Shown: positions 1 through 12,015 of the stretch, piece by piece
Numbering within the stretch: position 1 is the stretch's first letter
How the letters are laid out: every line of letters starts with the position of its first letter
Source: Patellaria atrata CBS 101060
Taxonomy: Eukaryota
Direction: 5' to 3'
Length of the DNA: 46,245 bases
NCBI GenBank assembly: GCA_010093705.1
Contig: MU006105.1
Coordinates: forward strand, 115,750 to 161,994
The notes under the pieces: generated by a model
What the model was told of the DNA's origin: nothing
Seen by the model: the letters and a program-made list of their open reading frames with translations, nothing else
Database searches by the model: none
Position numbers and translations under genes: made by a program

Positions 1-588
1 CTTACTGCTTTTCGAGACCAACGAGCCCTCTGTAGCGCTCGATAGACACTAGATGTTGAGATAAACACGTCAAACTCGTCGAAAAGGAATACTTGCATCT
101 CATCAAGAAACGCTGTCGGCTGATCATCTAGATACTCTAAAAGCCTCTACTAATAAGTAAACTGTAGGGAATAAGATCTGAGTCTACGTACTCGCTCTTG
201 ATGCTCTGTAAGAGACCTTGGGCGGCTATTTTTCACAGATGCCGGAGCATACGGCGCTCCAAAAATATCAAAATTCAACTTCAATTTGTAGATAGTCATT
301 TTGGATATATTGAGCGCCAGAGCAATGGTCGGAACGGGCTGGTTGTCATCAAATCGCGCCTTGATACGCTGAATTACGCTCTCTGGAAGCCTCCGACCCA
401 TCTTTACTGCGACCGAAGCATCAACAACAACCAGCTATAAGTAAAAAAAGAACAATACCATAGAAAGCTGGGCTAGGCAGTTAAAGCGATATAATATTCA
501 GTTTTAACAGTGATCTGGTTGTAAAGCTACATCAAGAAACATAAAAATGCGATGATTCTGGCGGGGTGTTGTGTGCGATGATGTGGTG
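1..588 (-). mobile_element. Tc1/mariner (IS630-like) DNA transposon, 5' part; transposase N-terminal HTH region runs off the window start
   Basis: ATG at 401 gives MGRRLPESVIQRIK...RPRSLTEHQER. After an intron (191..147, GTACGT...TAG) the frame continues RLLEYLDDQPTAFLDEMQVFLFDEFDVFISTSSVYRALQRARWSRKAV, typical of fungal Tc1/IS630 HTH regions. Putative terminus TA|CACCACATCATCGCAC with TA at 589-590 and a repeated GCGATGAT (549, 575); the partner TIR is outside the window. Confidence 0.75.
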
Positions 589-599
589 TAGCCAAGAGT

Positions 600-1400
600 T
601 CACGATGTTTCGAAAGTCACAGTAGACCCATCAGTGTAGTAAACATTGACCAGTCCGTCCTTCATGCCTGACTCTAGGTCTCTGATTAAATTATCATGTT
701 GCTTTGATGCTTTTTCTTTATCCTTACTGGAGATGATGAATGATGCCTTTAACTTTGGCCTCCAAGGTTGAGCATTATGTACAGAAATCTTTTCTATCTT
801 CCAATTGGTGATAAACTCCTGGGTTCTCTTCAATAAGGATAGGAGCTGAGTATTTGGTCTAGTGATATACTTGATTGAAGTATTGCCTGTTTCTGAGTCA
901 GAGTCTAAGGATGCATCTAAGTCATCTCTTTCAAGCTCTTCCCAGAGCACTCTCTTGACCAGATGGTTTTTGTGGAATTTCAAAGCTCTGAGGGCATAAG
1001 AGTTGCACAGCTTCTCAAATCTGACAGCTGGAGGAGGCAGGCCTGCTTCGATCTCCATGGCCATGCTTGGAGAAGTCTTGAAGGCACCCAAGATCATCCT
1101 CAGTGCCTTGTTCTGCAATGTTTGATATCTTTCAACTTGCTGGCTGTTCCTGTGATTCGGGTTCCACCGTACTGGTACTCCATAGTCTGCTATTGAGTTG
1201 ACGCATGCACTATATAGCTGACGTAGTGCTTGCATTGATAGACCTTTCTGTGTGTTTCCTAGTCTTTGAATCATGTATATTGCATTTTCTGCACTCTTGA
1301 TCTTTTTCTCTACATGTTGTTTGAAGGTGAGTTTTGAGTCTAAGAACATCCCAAGCCATCTGACCATTAGCTTTGCCAGGAACAGTTTGCATTCTAGTAG
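600..1400 (-). mobile_element. Non-LTR retrotransposon (Tad1-like LINE) fragment: end of reverse transcriptase, tether, start of RNase H
   Basis: VRWLGMFLDSKLTFKQHV, RQLYSACVNSIADYG, LQNKALRMILGAFKTSPSMAMEIEAGLPP and the RNase H start YTDGS; truncated on both sides. Confidence 0.9.
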
Positions 1401-2003
1401 CTAAAATACAAGAAGAGTTTGCCACGACCTGCCTACCCAGATCCCCTTCCTAACCGCAGTTATACTGCCCCTGATTTGCTCCTTAAGCACGCTTCACCAG
1501 CGTATCACTGTCTCTCAACGTACCGACCCGCGCATCCGTCCTTTCGAGCCATATAGACAGTCTCGTCGGCGAGGGGATACCCTCCTCCCAGTAGGTTTAT
1601 TATAAATGAGCCTGCCAAACCAGAGCACGCTATGCCCTTAACGCACCCTGCACTCATTCAGCCCAAACCTGAGTCCACTCAGTGTCCACCTTGTGCGTGG
1701 CCATAGCACGAGGCAAGTGCTGAGAGCCGTCCGTGGTTGCCATTATATGCTACGCCCCGCAACCCCTTTCACGCCCAGCAGGTTGTTTCGCGTTACCCGC
1801 TGTGCTCTCGCGCAGGCGGGCCGACCGGGTCTTGCAGGGTGAGTCCTATACTAATCTCATGCCAGACGACTAGATGCCTCTCAGCCCCTACTAACCAAGC
1901 TTGTGTTTCCCCCCATCTTAACAAGTCCTTATCCATTAAGTGGCCTGTGTCTCTACCGCACGTAGTAGCCTGGGCCCCTCCACCCTAAGCTGGCCTGTGG
2001 TCT

Positions 2004-2124
2004 TGTCGTGGAAGGTCGCGGGCACCACGCAGTTTAAAGCCTTCCAATAGGCTACCAACCGCGATCCGCCTTAACAGGGTCTTAAAGGAAGGTTCGTCAA
2101 GCCTATCGTACGTTAGCCTTAACA
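2004..2124. mobile_element. Probable short solo LTR
   Basis: Begins TGTCGTGG and ends CCTTAACA (TG...CA, imperfect inverted ends). Flanked by GGTCT (1999-2003) and AGTCT (2125-2129), a 5-bp target-site duplication with one G/A transition. Confidence 0.45.
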
Positions 2125-2839
2125 AGTCTTGATGCGGTGATCTGTGTTGGGGTTGTTCCTATGCCCTCGTCGCGAACGATCTCAGAGCGGCACAAGCACA
2201 GAGGTGTCCTATCGCAGTACCAGCAAGCCAGCTAGTAGGGCTAGTATCGCCTTCCGTACCGCGTCGGGTGGTTTTTGGGATGATTCCTCTGTTTTTGAGT
2301 TGGCGGTGTTTGTTGTGGTCGTGCCTGAGCGTGCGCTTGCGTGTCGTGGCCACAATGTACCCAACACGCAGCAACTTCGAGTCGCTCAGAACGTCTCTGC
2401 TCTGGCATTCTCATCTGATACGAGATGAGAAACGTCCCAGGCATCACCACGGGGAGGCGCAGAGTCCGATTTCGATGCCCTATACTGTTTCCTATTGCCA
2501 AAAAACCTACCCTATCGATATAGGAGGAAGGTCGCGTTAGCGAGAATCCTTGTGCGATCTAGACTTATCAGGTTCCGTCTAGAGAAGTATAGACTCCTGC
2601 AGTAACAGCAAGGGGCTAAGTTCAGGCGAGGGAAGGAAGTAAGGGGTTAAAAACGGTACTGGAACCAATGAGAGAGCGGAGAAATGAAATGGCATCGAGA
2701 TGAATTGCGGCATACGGTATCAGGTTAGTCTCCTTTCCTTTTTGGAGAGGGTGTCAATGTATAAAAAAAAAACAGTGGGGGTGTTGAGATAACAGCTCCA
2801 AAAATCATAACCGTAGATAGAATTTCACAACAGAAAAAA

Positions 2840-2958
2840 ACATACAACAGTGCGCATTCGCTGGTGGTCACCCACCCAACTACTACTGCACCGATACAAG
2901 GCTTGAGTATGGCAGAGCGGACGGGATGCCCTATTTTCCTTGTTCTGTGGCCGTATGT
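2840..2958 (-). rRNA. 5S rRNA (dispersed copy)
   Basis: 119 nt ACATACGGCC...TCCCGTCCGCTC...TAGTAGTTGGGTGGGTGACCACCAGCGAA...GTTGTATGT; helix I and helix II pair; followed by an oligo-T Pol III terminator (A-run 2834-2840 on +). Confidence 0.95.
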
Positions 2959-3401
2959 GTTGGTTTGATGTGTGAGAAAATATTATCACTACATTGAGAT
3001 TGTCTCCGACTCGGATAGACATAATGATGTATGTAATACCGTAGTGAGGGAAGAATGCGGAACAAGCCATGGATCCTACTACTGCACTACCCCAGCGAGA
3101 AAAGCAAAAGAATTGTAAGCCCTCAATACAGACATCTCTCTTTCGCTCTGTCCAACTCAGCCTGTCTAATTCCTCAGCTTCAACGAAGCATCCAGAGGGC
3201 TGAAATCATTCCATATTCTATAGATCAAGAACGGATCGGCCGTTTTCCTTTTTCTTGATTGAAGTTAAGGGGCTCTCTTAAGGAATTGATATGGAAGTAT
3301 TTAACAATCTAGAGCATTGGTGTACACACCTCTCACCGACGATCGTTTGAATCGGGGAGCTGGCAAGTTATGATGAAGCACGGTTAGAGAATGCAAGCAG
3401 T

Positions 3402-4793
3402 TTATTCTACATAGTGTTCTAAATCATTATTTGGTTTCGGGAAACCAGAAGGAGTGACATCGACCGATGTCTTTTGCCCAAATACCAACTCATTCATGAC
3501 CTTTCCACTGCTAAGTCCTAGGGTGAACCCATCTAGATGGTGACCAAGATTGAGGAACACACCACTAGCGTGGGTTGGGCCGGCATCGCCAAAGATGCCG
3601 TTCCAGAGTAGTTCTGTGATAATAGGTATGCCGGTTGTTGTTTTCGGCATATACGCGCGACCGCTCGCTATGATTTCGAGATTTTTGTCAGGTGTATACT
3701 TAATGTAATCGCTAGTAAGTGATTTTGATTCGTGGATGACCTTTGAATCTATCTTGACATCGTCTGGCGATGTTGCGATACGTTTAGCACTTTCTAGTTC
3801 TCCTGCAACATATAGACCATCATTGTACGACCCAGAGATATGAAGGTTTTAATTCTTGAGGGCTGGATCGAACCATACTTGGTCAAGAGGCCCTGATTTG
3901 CTCAGATTGGTAGTAGGTATGGCGAGACGGACTCAGTGCTGAATAGTCTGGTGCGTGTCCATAGGAATTTGGCATTTCATATCACTAAATAAGGTAGAAA
4001 ACACAGTTCCCGAACACGAGCCAGCTGATATTATAATGTTGTAGCAAGGAAGACGATGAATGCGTTCATGTTCTCCGTTTTGTTTGATTTGAATGTGCGA
4101 AATTCGTGTCGGATTGTCCTCCATCTGGACAGACTCAGCAGTTGAATTGAAGAGAAACAAGACACCAAGTCGTTTGCATTTCTAGTAAAGAAGTTTGCAA
4201 AATGCTGAGGGATTTCTCGAAAAAAATAATTATTAGAGACATGGTTTATACATTAAAGGGAAGAAACTACTCACAGCTTTGCTGCATTAGAACCGTTTGA
4301 AACTAAAGCCGGTCTGCCAGTCTGATGGAACAGTCAACCACGATGGCAACATGCTAAGATCTTCTTGCTCCTCCACTAGAAATATTAGTTGCGAGTTATT
4401 AGGATCATACCCATCAGAGAAAATTACATAGGTTTTGAGTTTCGAGAATCCTAATTTTCCGGTTTCGTTATACGCTTTAGCCATGCGAGCATAAAGGTCG
4501 ATTGAAAGTCGCGCTAGCGGTTCTACTTCGTCGAAGCCGAATTCTCCTAGCACACCTTCACATTGAGAGGACGCGCCGGCAGCTATCCGTGAGCAACGCT
4601 CGACAACAGTAATCACTCTATTTTTCTTATTGTAACTAGCCCCAGGATCATGCTGAGCAACGGCAAGATAATAGGCGGTAGAGAGCCCGATTACACCCGC
4701 TCCTAAGATTATCGAGGAACTAGATTCACGCAATGAAGGTGACGAGTCTCGAACTTGAAATATCCTTTGAACAATTCGAAGAAGCCCGGTCAT
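3402..4793 (-). pseudogene. FAD-dependent oxidoreductase (DAO / Tda3-like) pseudogene
   Basis: GAGVIGLSTAY dinucleotide-binding motif and C-terminal GHHLDGFTLGLSSGKVMNELV. Frameshift near 4305 just before a GTGAGT donor (~4274); in-frame stops at 4182-4184 (TAG), 3933-3935 (TGA) and 3849-3851 (TAA). Confidence 0.8.
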
Positions 4794-5059
4794 GCTGAAA
4801 ATATGTATTTGATAGAATTCAGCTGATGAAGAAAGGGTATGCCGAGAAGGCGGGGACTATCGGATTCACTGTACTTACAGTCGTTTGCCTACTTTCTTTG
4901 TCCAATTATGAGTTGGGAGAAATGAAGGAACCTCCCACGGTCTTCTCCACGTCTCCTAATGGATATAAAGTGTATTGTACTCCGCGTAAGTGGGTTAGAT
5001 GTTAGCCTTTTGATTCACAGCCCCAAAAGAAAATCAGTGAATTATCTGCTTCAAACAAC

Positions 5060-5540
5060 ATGTCAACATCCGCTTCACGCGTTATTAGAAAGGTGAATAC
5101 ACCAGTCGGTTTTCGAATCTGACCGGTGACAACTCTAGCAGGCACGTTTTGCGTTACCACATCCAGTGGGAGTGATGGGCGCCTTCCACTATCTGCATCC
5201 CTTAGAGGATTATCGTACTGTTAAGCCCTTTAACATTAACGTTCCTCAAGGGGGTATTCCAGGGGATACACACCAATGAAGTATCGGATCAGTATCAAAA
5301 TATCAGAGTTCACGATATGCGTGGGCGGGAGGATCAGATCTCGCTCGATAGAGGGGGATTCCAAGTTTTTGCGAATGTAGCTGACATAGAGGCGAACGGG
5401 ATACATAAGGGACTGTCCAAGCATGAATACGCGAACTCGGACTGGGTCAGTAGCCGACTAATTTCGGTAATGGAGGATTTCTTTGAAACAGACGTTGAAG
5501 GTTGAGAGTGTAATCACTTTCTCTTATCGCACGTTCACAG
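5060..5540 (+). pseudogene. Truncated, frameshifted AsaB/CmcJ-like (GA4 desaturase-type) gene remnant
   Basis: YLHPLEDYRTVKPFNINVP (from 5175), then after a frameshift TNEVSDQYQNIRVHDMRGREDQISLDRGGFQ, resembling the family N-terminal motifs YL...Y..EKP and DxRG.E..FSLD..GF. Confidence 0.6.
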
Positions 5541-5599
5541 TACTGGCACAGAGATGGTTAGTTTCTTCGGCTTGCTCAGAGAACAGACTCAAACGTAGG

Positions 5600-6210
5600 A
5601 CAACCAGTACAAGTAGTTCATACCGGGTAATTGTGATTATAATTTTCTGTAGTACCGTCACTAATTGGTCCATAGAGGTCACTCTTAGTCCCTTCTCCTA
5701 ATCAACGAATTGAAAGCAGTGAGATCATTCACAATTTTGGTGATGAGGTTCATTGCGTAAGAGCTCCCTTTATCTTCCTCCCCAAGCCTCACGTAAACAC
5801 GGCGAGCGTTCCCGTAAATCTTTGCCGTCGTCGGTACCTGATTGTTCTTCTCCTTTGGGTTATCTTGATTAATGTAGATTCTAATCTTTGCAACAAACCA
5901 CAAAGGGTGGGAATTCCCAGTACTGGATCAATCGAGGTTGGATCATACCGCAACTCTCAATTAAGGCCCTGGCGGCAGAGTAGTGAGTTGTTGAGATGCT
6001 CAAAGAGCAAGTGATACCGATATGTCATATGGTTAATTGGAAATTCAAGCGGTCTTTCATGTCTTCTGGTCAGTTGGTGGGGTAATCTTATGGTATGAAT
6101 CTCTGAGATCGAATAACTATATGGTGAATACTTTATAATCATGAGAAGAAATATAGTCTTAGGATCCACGCGAAACAGAGATCCCAGGTAAGCTTAGAGC
6201 TTTTAGCAAT
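5600..6210 (-). pseudogene. HET-domain (heterokaryon incompatibility, HET-6-like) gene remnant
   Basis: IYINQDNPKEKNNQVPTTAKIYGNARRVYVRLGEED matches the HET core ICINQ.D..EK..QV..M..IY..A..V.VWLG with key residues degraded; possible frameshifted ALS(Y)TW near 6195. Boundaries are approximate. Confidence 0.75.
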
Positions 6211-6842
6211 CGTAGAACTTCTTGAAGCGTTCTTCAACCACAAGAGATTTAGTAACTATTTTGTATCAGACAGTGGCTCCCTTATGAGCCTCTAGTATAG
6301 CCTTAAAGGAGCTGGACCAGCGGTATAACCGCTTGAAGCTCGAGAGCGGCAGCAACTATCAAGACGTTTCTAAGATGCTACTAGTTAACTATACTCCGGT
6401 TAGTACGAATAGAGGGCAAAATGAGCCCATCTAGGCGTCTTATAGAATTTATTCTCCTAGAAAGTGTCTCCCATAGTGAGATAGAACTGACCGACTACCA
6501 TGTCCGCCACGCTTGCCTGACAAGAGAGACAATGATATATTGGAAAAAACAAGAGAACCTGGCTTGGAATTCGGGGCATGAAGTGTCCCGTTCTTTCTAA
6601 AGTGAGAAAGAAATCTTATCATGGAAGCTATCAAGGTAAATGAATTGTAACCGAAGCTTCTTTTTGCATGTATTGAAATTGGGGGAAGGAGAGAATAAAG
6701 TTGTTTTATGATATGATGACACTTTCATATGAATTAGCTACTAAGCTTCTATTCATAGATTCAAGTGTATGAACGAGGGCATACTGAAGGTCATAGTTCT
6801 GACGTATTATTGTAGGTACGGAGTATAGTTGAAGGTTACATG

Positions 6843-6848
6843 CCTCGG
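6843..6848. promoter_or_regulatory. CCTCGG, candidate FarA/FarB (CTF1-type) site upstream of the aminotransferase
   Basis: Exact core of the fatty-acid induction element described in Aspergillus nidulans, about 230 bp upstream of ATG 7072. A 6-mer is frequent by chance. Confidence 0.3.
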
Positions 6849-7071
6849 TTGAGAACGTCACTCACCATACAACTCTCGTCTCAACCATCGAGAATGCATG
6901 TGAGCTTGTCGCTGATATATAAACAGATATCAGGACATGAATTTGGAATGATTGTAGTGTCACGGTGATCTGGAGGTTAGAGGAACACGTGAAGAGGAAG
7001 ACGCCATACTGTGCTGTACTGGAAATAAGGACCAGGGGATTTGTGCACGGACTGCTTGACCGATCTGCTGT

Positions 7072-8586
7072 ATGAGGAAGCTCTCCACGATGCCACCACC
7101 GAAGAACGATTTGCCTACACATTCAGATCATTTCAGCCGTATACCAAAAGTTCGACTGCAGCAAATAAAGTTCCACATGGCTCCTACAAACTCCACCGCT
7201 TTCCAAGCGGAGGTCGTCCCAAAGGCACCTGAAGATCCTCTCTTTGGTCTTATGGCGGCTTACCGCAAAGACACATTCGAAAGGAAAGTTGATCTAGGCA
7301 TAGGCGCATATAGAGACGACAATGCGAAACCTTGGGTTCTTCCTGTCGTCAAGAAGGTATGATGGCAGACACTCAGTCAATTCTCTGTGCCCGTCCTTAC
7401 ATCATAATGACTGGATCGATCAGCTCGACTAACCCACATAACTCACAGGCTGATGATGTTATACGAAGTGATCCCGATTTGAATCATGAATACCTTCCAA
7501 TTGCCGGTCTCCAACAATTTACTTCTGCTTCACAAAGGCTCATATTGGGGACGGACTCTTCTGCTATCAAGGAAAACCGAGTAAGGATACTTCAATCCAC
7601 TTCAAGTATGGTATTAAGCTAACATAACCCCCTCTTTGTAGATTACAAGTCTACAGACAATCTCAGGTACCGGTGCTGTCCACCTAGGCGCTTTGTTCCT
7701 GAGAAAATTCTACAAGGGGAACTCGGACCCTAATGTGTACTTCTCGAACCCAACTTGGGCCAACCACAACCAGATCTTCACCAATGTCCATCTTCCTATC
7801 AAAACATACCCATACTTCTCAGCCGAGACTAAAGGTCTAGACTTTGAGGGCATGATATCAAGTCTTGAGTCAGCTCCAGAAGGGAGCATCATTCTCCTCC
7901 ACGCATGTGCTCACAATCCTACTGGTGTAGACCCTACACAAGAGCAATGGAAGAAGATTGCCGAGGTTTTGAAAGCTAGACAGCATTTCCCTTTCTTCGA
8001 CTGCGCATATCAAGGGTTCGCCTCAGGAAGTTTGAACCAAGATGCTTGGGCCGTCAGATACTTCGTCGAGCAGGGATTTGAGCTCCTTATTGCTCAAAGT
8101 TATGCCAAGAACTTCGGTCTCTACGGTGAGCGTGCGGGATGCTTCCACTTCGTCACCTCACCAGGCTCAGATGCCACTGACACGGTTACTCGGGTTGCTT
8201 CTCAACTTGCTATCCTTCAGCGGTCCGAGATCAGCAATCCTCCAATCTACGGAGCAAAGATTGCATCAACAGTCCTCAATGATGATGCTTTGTTCGCTGA
8301 GTGGGAGGATAATCTCCGCACAATGAGTGGCCGCATCATCGATATGCGCAAGTCCCTCAGGACCAAGCTCGAGGAGTTGGGCACTCCAGGAACCTGGAAT
8401 CATATTACAGATCAGATCGGCATGTTCAGTTTCACCGGATTGACTGAAAAACAGGTTCTGAAAATTCGTGAAGATGCTCACGTGTACATGACAAAGAACG
8501 GACGCATCAGTATGGCCGGTATCAACACCAAGAACGTAGATTACGTGGCAAATGCTATCGATAAAGTCGTCAGGGAGACACAGTAG
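7072..8586 (+). CDS. AAT2: Aspartate aminotransferase, cytosolic/peroxisomal type; in-frame ATGs at 7072, 7090 and 7177
   Basis: PEDPLFGL, KVDLGIGAYRD, QTISGTGA, HACAHNPTGVDP, DCAYQGFASG and the PLP-lysine motif SYAKNFGLYGER. Exons ..7356, 7449-7580, 7642-8586. Confidence 0.95.
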
Positions 8587-9460
8587 ATAACGATGCTATA
8601 GGGAAGACGCGATGATGATGACTGAAACGATTAACGAGGGATGAAAGCATGGCATCACAGCGTCGACCTAATGCAGTTCTTTCACTTTATGTGCATTTCT
8701 GCCGGTTCAAGGGAAAATAGGAAATGGGTTTACTCTCCTGCAACCACCCCTTTAGATATCCGTACACAAAATAGATTAGTAGCTGGAATTCTCAAATTTC
8801 CAAATGTGACTGCAAGAGTGATCCTTCAGAATATTCCGTACGTTTGCCCAACCACAGAATATCCATCAAGACGAGTTTCTAGAAAGCGTTCCTTAGAAGC
8901 GTAGTTCTTATGATGACCGCTGATATCGTACGGAATTCACGATACAAACACAGTTCAAGTGGCATATGGGTTATAATAGCGGCAATACGGAGGAAGTCGA
9001 GAAGCTAGATGGAATACCTAATAGTTTATTGAAAAGAAGTATAATAAGACAGGAGTAAGAATTGAATGGTAGAATGGGTATCTTGAAAAACGAGTCCCTT
9101 TTGTTTTCTCTTGCTTGAACCTGCATGAGCTTGCTTTCTTCTGATGGCAAGTCTCCTTCGAATCTGTCTCCACACATATCCCCTTTCGATCACCCGGAAA
9201 CGCCTCTCGCTGTACCACTTTCCTCACTTGATGGATAATTGTTTACAGCAACCCCGAATCTGAATATATCCCCCTTCATGGGAACATCCGGCGTGTTGTT
9301 CGTTTACCAAAACGATTGTCCTCTCGTAAACTCTACAGATCCGTAAAGTATATTGAGGAGTTGAGTAGGAGAACGTGGTCGTGCGTACAGGGGGCGTATA
9401 GTATTCTAAGACTGAATCGTGGAATAGGAAATAGTTCCGCAATATCGACACGCTCCAACC

Positions 9461-12015
9461 CTATCCTTTCCATGCCATTTCTCCTCCTCCATCCCCATAT
9501 TCCTCCCAGATGGCCGTATCTACCCCCATTCCCTCCATACCCTCCATCTTGACTTCCTCATCTGCACCCGTACCCACGCTCTCAAGCTCCTCCCGCTCCT
9601 TCCCCTTCGTACTCCCACCACCAGGACTTGCCGCTGGGGAATCATCCAAACTCATGGCGGAAAACAGGCCTTTCATATCCCTAAGGTCTTCTCCGGTGCG
9701 ATCACGCGGACTGATGGTACGCTCCTCGATGAAAGTACGCATGGCACGAATGAGTGGTGGGTAATTCTCGTCGTTGGGGAGCCACCAGTGCTTGACATCG
9801 ACCTGCCAGACCTCGGTCATACGGGTACGCAAAGTGGCGGGGTAGATGTATCTTTGGAGAAGACGTGTTAGCTAGAACCTTGCCCTTGCTTCGGAAAAAG
9901 AAGTCTGATAGAGAGGGGAGATCCTGGCGTTGGAGTGGACAGGGGTTGGGGCTAAAATGGAAAGGGGGGGAGGGATGAAGGTTTGGGGAAAAAGTAGGTT
10001 TGGGACAGCGAAACTCACCCTAGAGACTCAATCTTTGCTAGTTTTCTCCGAGCCCACATGATATGCTTCTCGTCCTTTGGAAGAAACATCGTCGCGATAG
10101 CTAAACTCGCTTGTGCTCCTAATAACGCACCTGATGGACTATGAGGATAATATTCTATCGCAGTAAACATCTGACACATCTTGTAGGCAACCTTAACTAT
10201 CTCTTCTCCAGGCGGCTTGCGTTGTGCTAATGCAAGTTGGTACTTAAACATAAGATCTATAGACCAGAAGTCTATCAACGCGTTATTGGTACTGAACAGC
10301 TCTTGGCCGTATAAAAAGTTGGGCTCGAAAGGGTCTACGATTTCGTCTGGATGTAACGGTTTCGCACCGGTGAAATCTATGACTCGTTTTGAGGGGTCCA
10401 TGATCTTTGGATCGACGTTGGCTTGCCATAGATTGAGTTGCTGAGTCATACGTCCAAGTTCTGCAACGAAATCTTCATCGCTAATGAGGCCTTTACTTTT
10501 ATTTGAGAATATAAGTGCCATATCGGTTGCTAGTAATCGAGTAAGAGCCAACCGCTCTTCATATGCCCATTGGATTTCGTTAGGCCGCTCCCGTCTCATA
10601 TTAGAATACCACTCGTGGCAGCCTTCGAACCAATCCCGACTGAGAACTGTCTGATAACCTGCTTGCAATGCTGCAAAGAGATCGAAACGGATATACCAGT
10701 GAATGATTTTACGGAGCGTTTCGTTTTGCATTATTGTTTTAGGAGTATAGAGTTCTGTCAAAATCTCGTACGCTGCTTTTTGATGGCCTATTAGATTAAC
10801 CCAGTCACCCAAGAATTCCTGTCTCTTGTCAGTGGCTTCCGAATACCAAAAGTAGTGTACGCACCTCGAAGCTGGCTAGCTGGAGAATTGTTAGGAGAGT
10901 TGCGACAGTATGCCTCTGGTTCCTTTGAAGGGACAGTCTAAGTAAAGAAACCGATTTGTTGTAATACTTTAAGAAGTCTTGAATTTTGCCGTCTGGTTGT
11001 GCCAATGTATGATGATATGCGGAGAAGCCCACGACTGCGTAAAGTAACGGTTCGTTCCTGATGGCGATTTCCAAGAAGGTAGTCCGTAAAAAGTCTGCAC
11101 CGTCATGCTTGAATCCATAATGTCCACAAGTCAGGTTATTTTTATGCCATTCTATATAAAATCTGAGGTCGGATGGTAGTTCTGCCCAGGTCCTACTGGT
11201 AACCGGTCTCCTCGCGGCAATCTGCTTCCCCGATGGACGTGAAAGGGGTATTCGAGGTTGAGGAAGAGATGCTGAACTCTCAGTAGAGGGAGATGGACTC
11301 TTATCATGCGTGAGAGATGGTGTATCCGAAGCCTCTCGACGAGATTGGACCGTGGCGGGATTACTTAAAGAATCATTTGGTCCTAATTCATCGTCATCTG
11401 GTATTGGGGCTAGACCCCTGTGTGTTTCTTCATCCCCGGAGGAACCTCCTTCATTTTGGGTAGAAGCTTTGTGTTTGCTACTACTACTACTACTGCTTGA
11501 TTTTGACTGCGCCGTTGAATCCGGGTAAATGCAGTCTCGGTTTCCTTTGCGGCATCCTGTTAGGAAGAGAAGTCAGTATTATCAGATTAGCCAACATGAG
11601 ATTTTTATCACCCACGCTCACAGATAGGATGTGTTTCGTCGCACTAAAAAATACGACTATTTCAGCATTTATATCACATGATATGGGTTTTTTTTTCTTT
11701 TGATAATCATACCTTTACTCTTCGATTTCTACATGTATAACAACCACTTCGAGTCCGTCGGTGTTTTACATGATCAGTTCCCCCTAAAGGTCTTCTCCTT
11801 GCTCTCGAATTGGGTTGTGGGGTTATCATGGTGGCCGGATTCTCTTCATAACCCATATAACTCTGGTGCATTTGTTCTGTGGACAAAGTTGGCATTTGCT
11901 GTAACCTTGGTACATAGGCATCTTGAGGAACCAGTTGTGGTACAATAGGCAAGCCCGTATTCGGGTCATAATAATGAGGTACATTTGGGAGACCATGATA
12001 GCCACGTCCGTCCAT
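9461..12015 (-). CDS. Zn(II)2Cys6 transcription factor with C-terminal fungal TF domain (Fungal_trans_2-like)
   Basis: RTRSGCYTCRNRRVK/CDETHPICER/CRKGNRDCIYP assembled across exons 12015-~11713, 11643-11616, 11556-10865, 10818-10019, 9851-9461; EPLLYAVVGFSAYH and LQLASFEEFLGDWVNL motifs. Confidence 0.9.

Noticed and set aside
2700..3000. Starship insertion into the 5S gene
   Set aside because: The 5S copy is uninterrupted and no tyrosine-recombinase captain gene is visible in the window.
2825..3070. 81-aa ORF
   Set aside because: Overlaps the 5S rRNA gene; spurious.
8584..8601. Stop-codon readthrough creating a PTS1 on the aminotransferase
   Set aside because: Context is TAG ATA rather than TGA CTA, and the extension ITML* has no SKL-like end.
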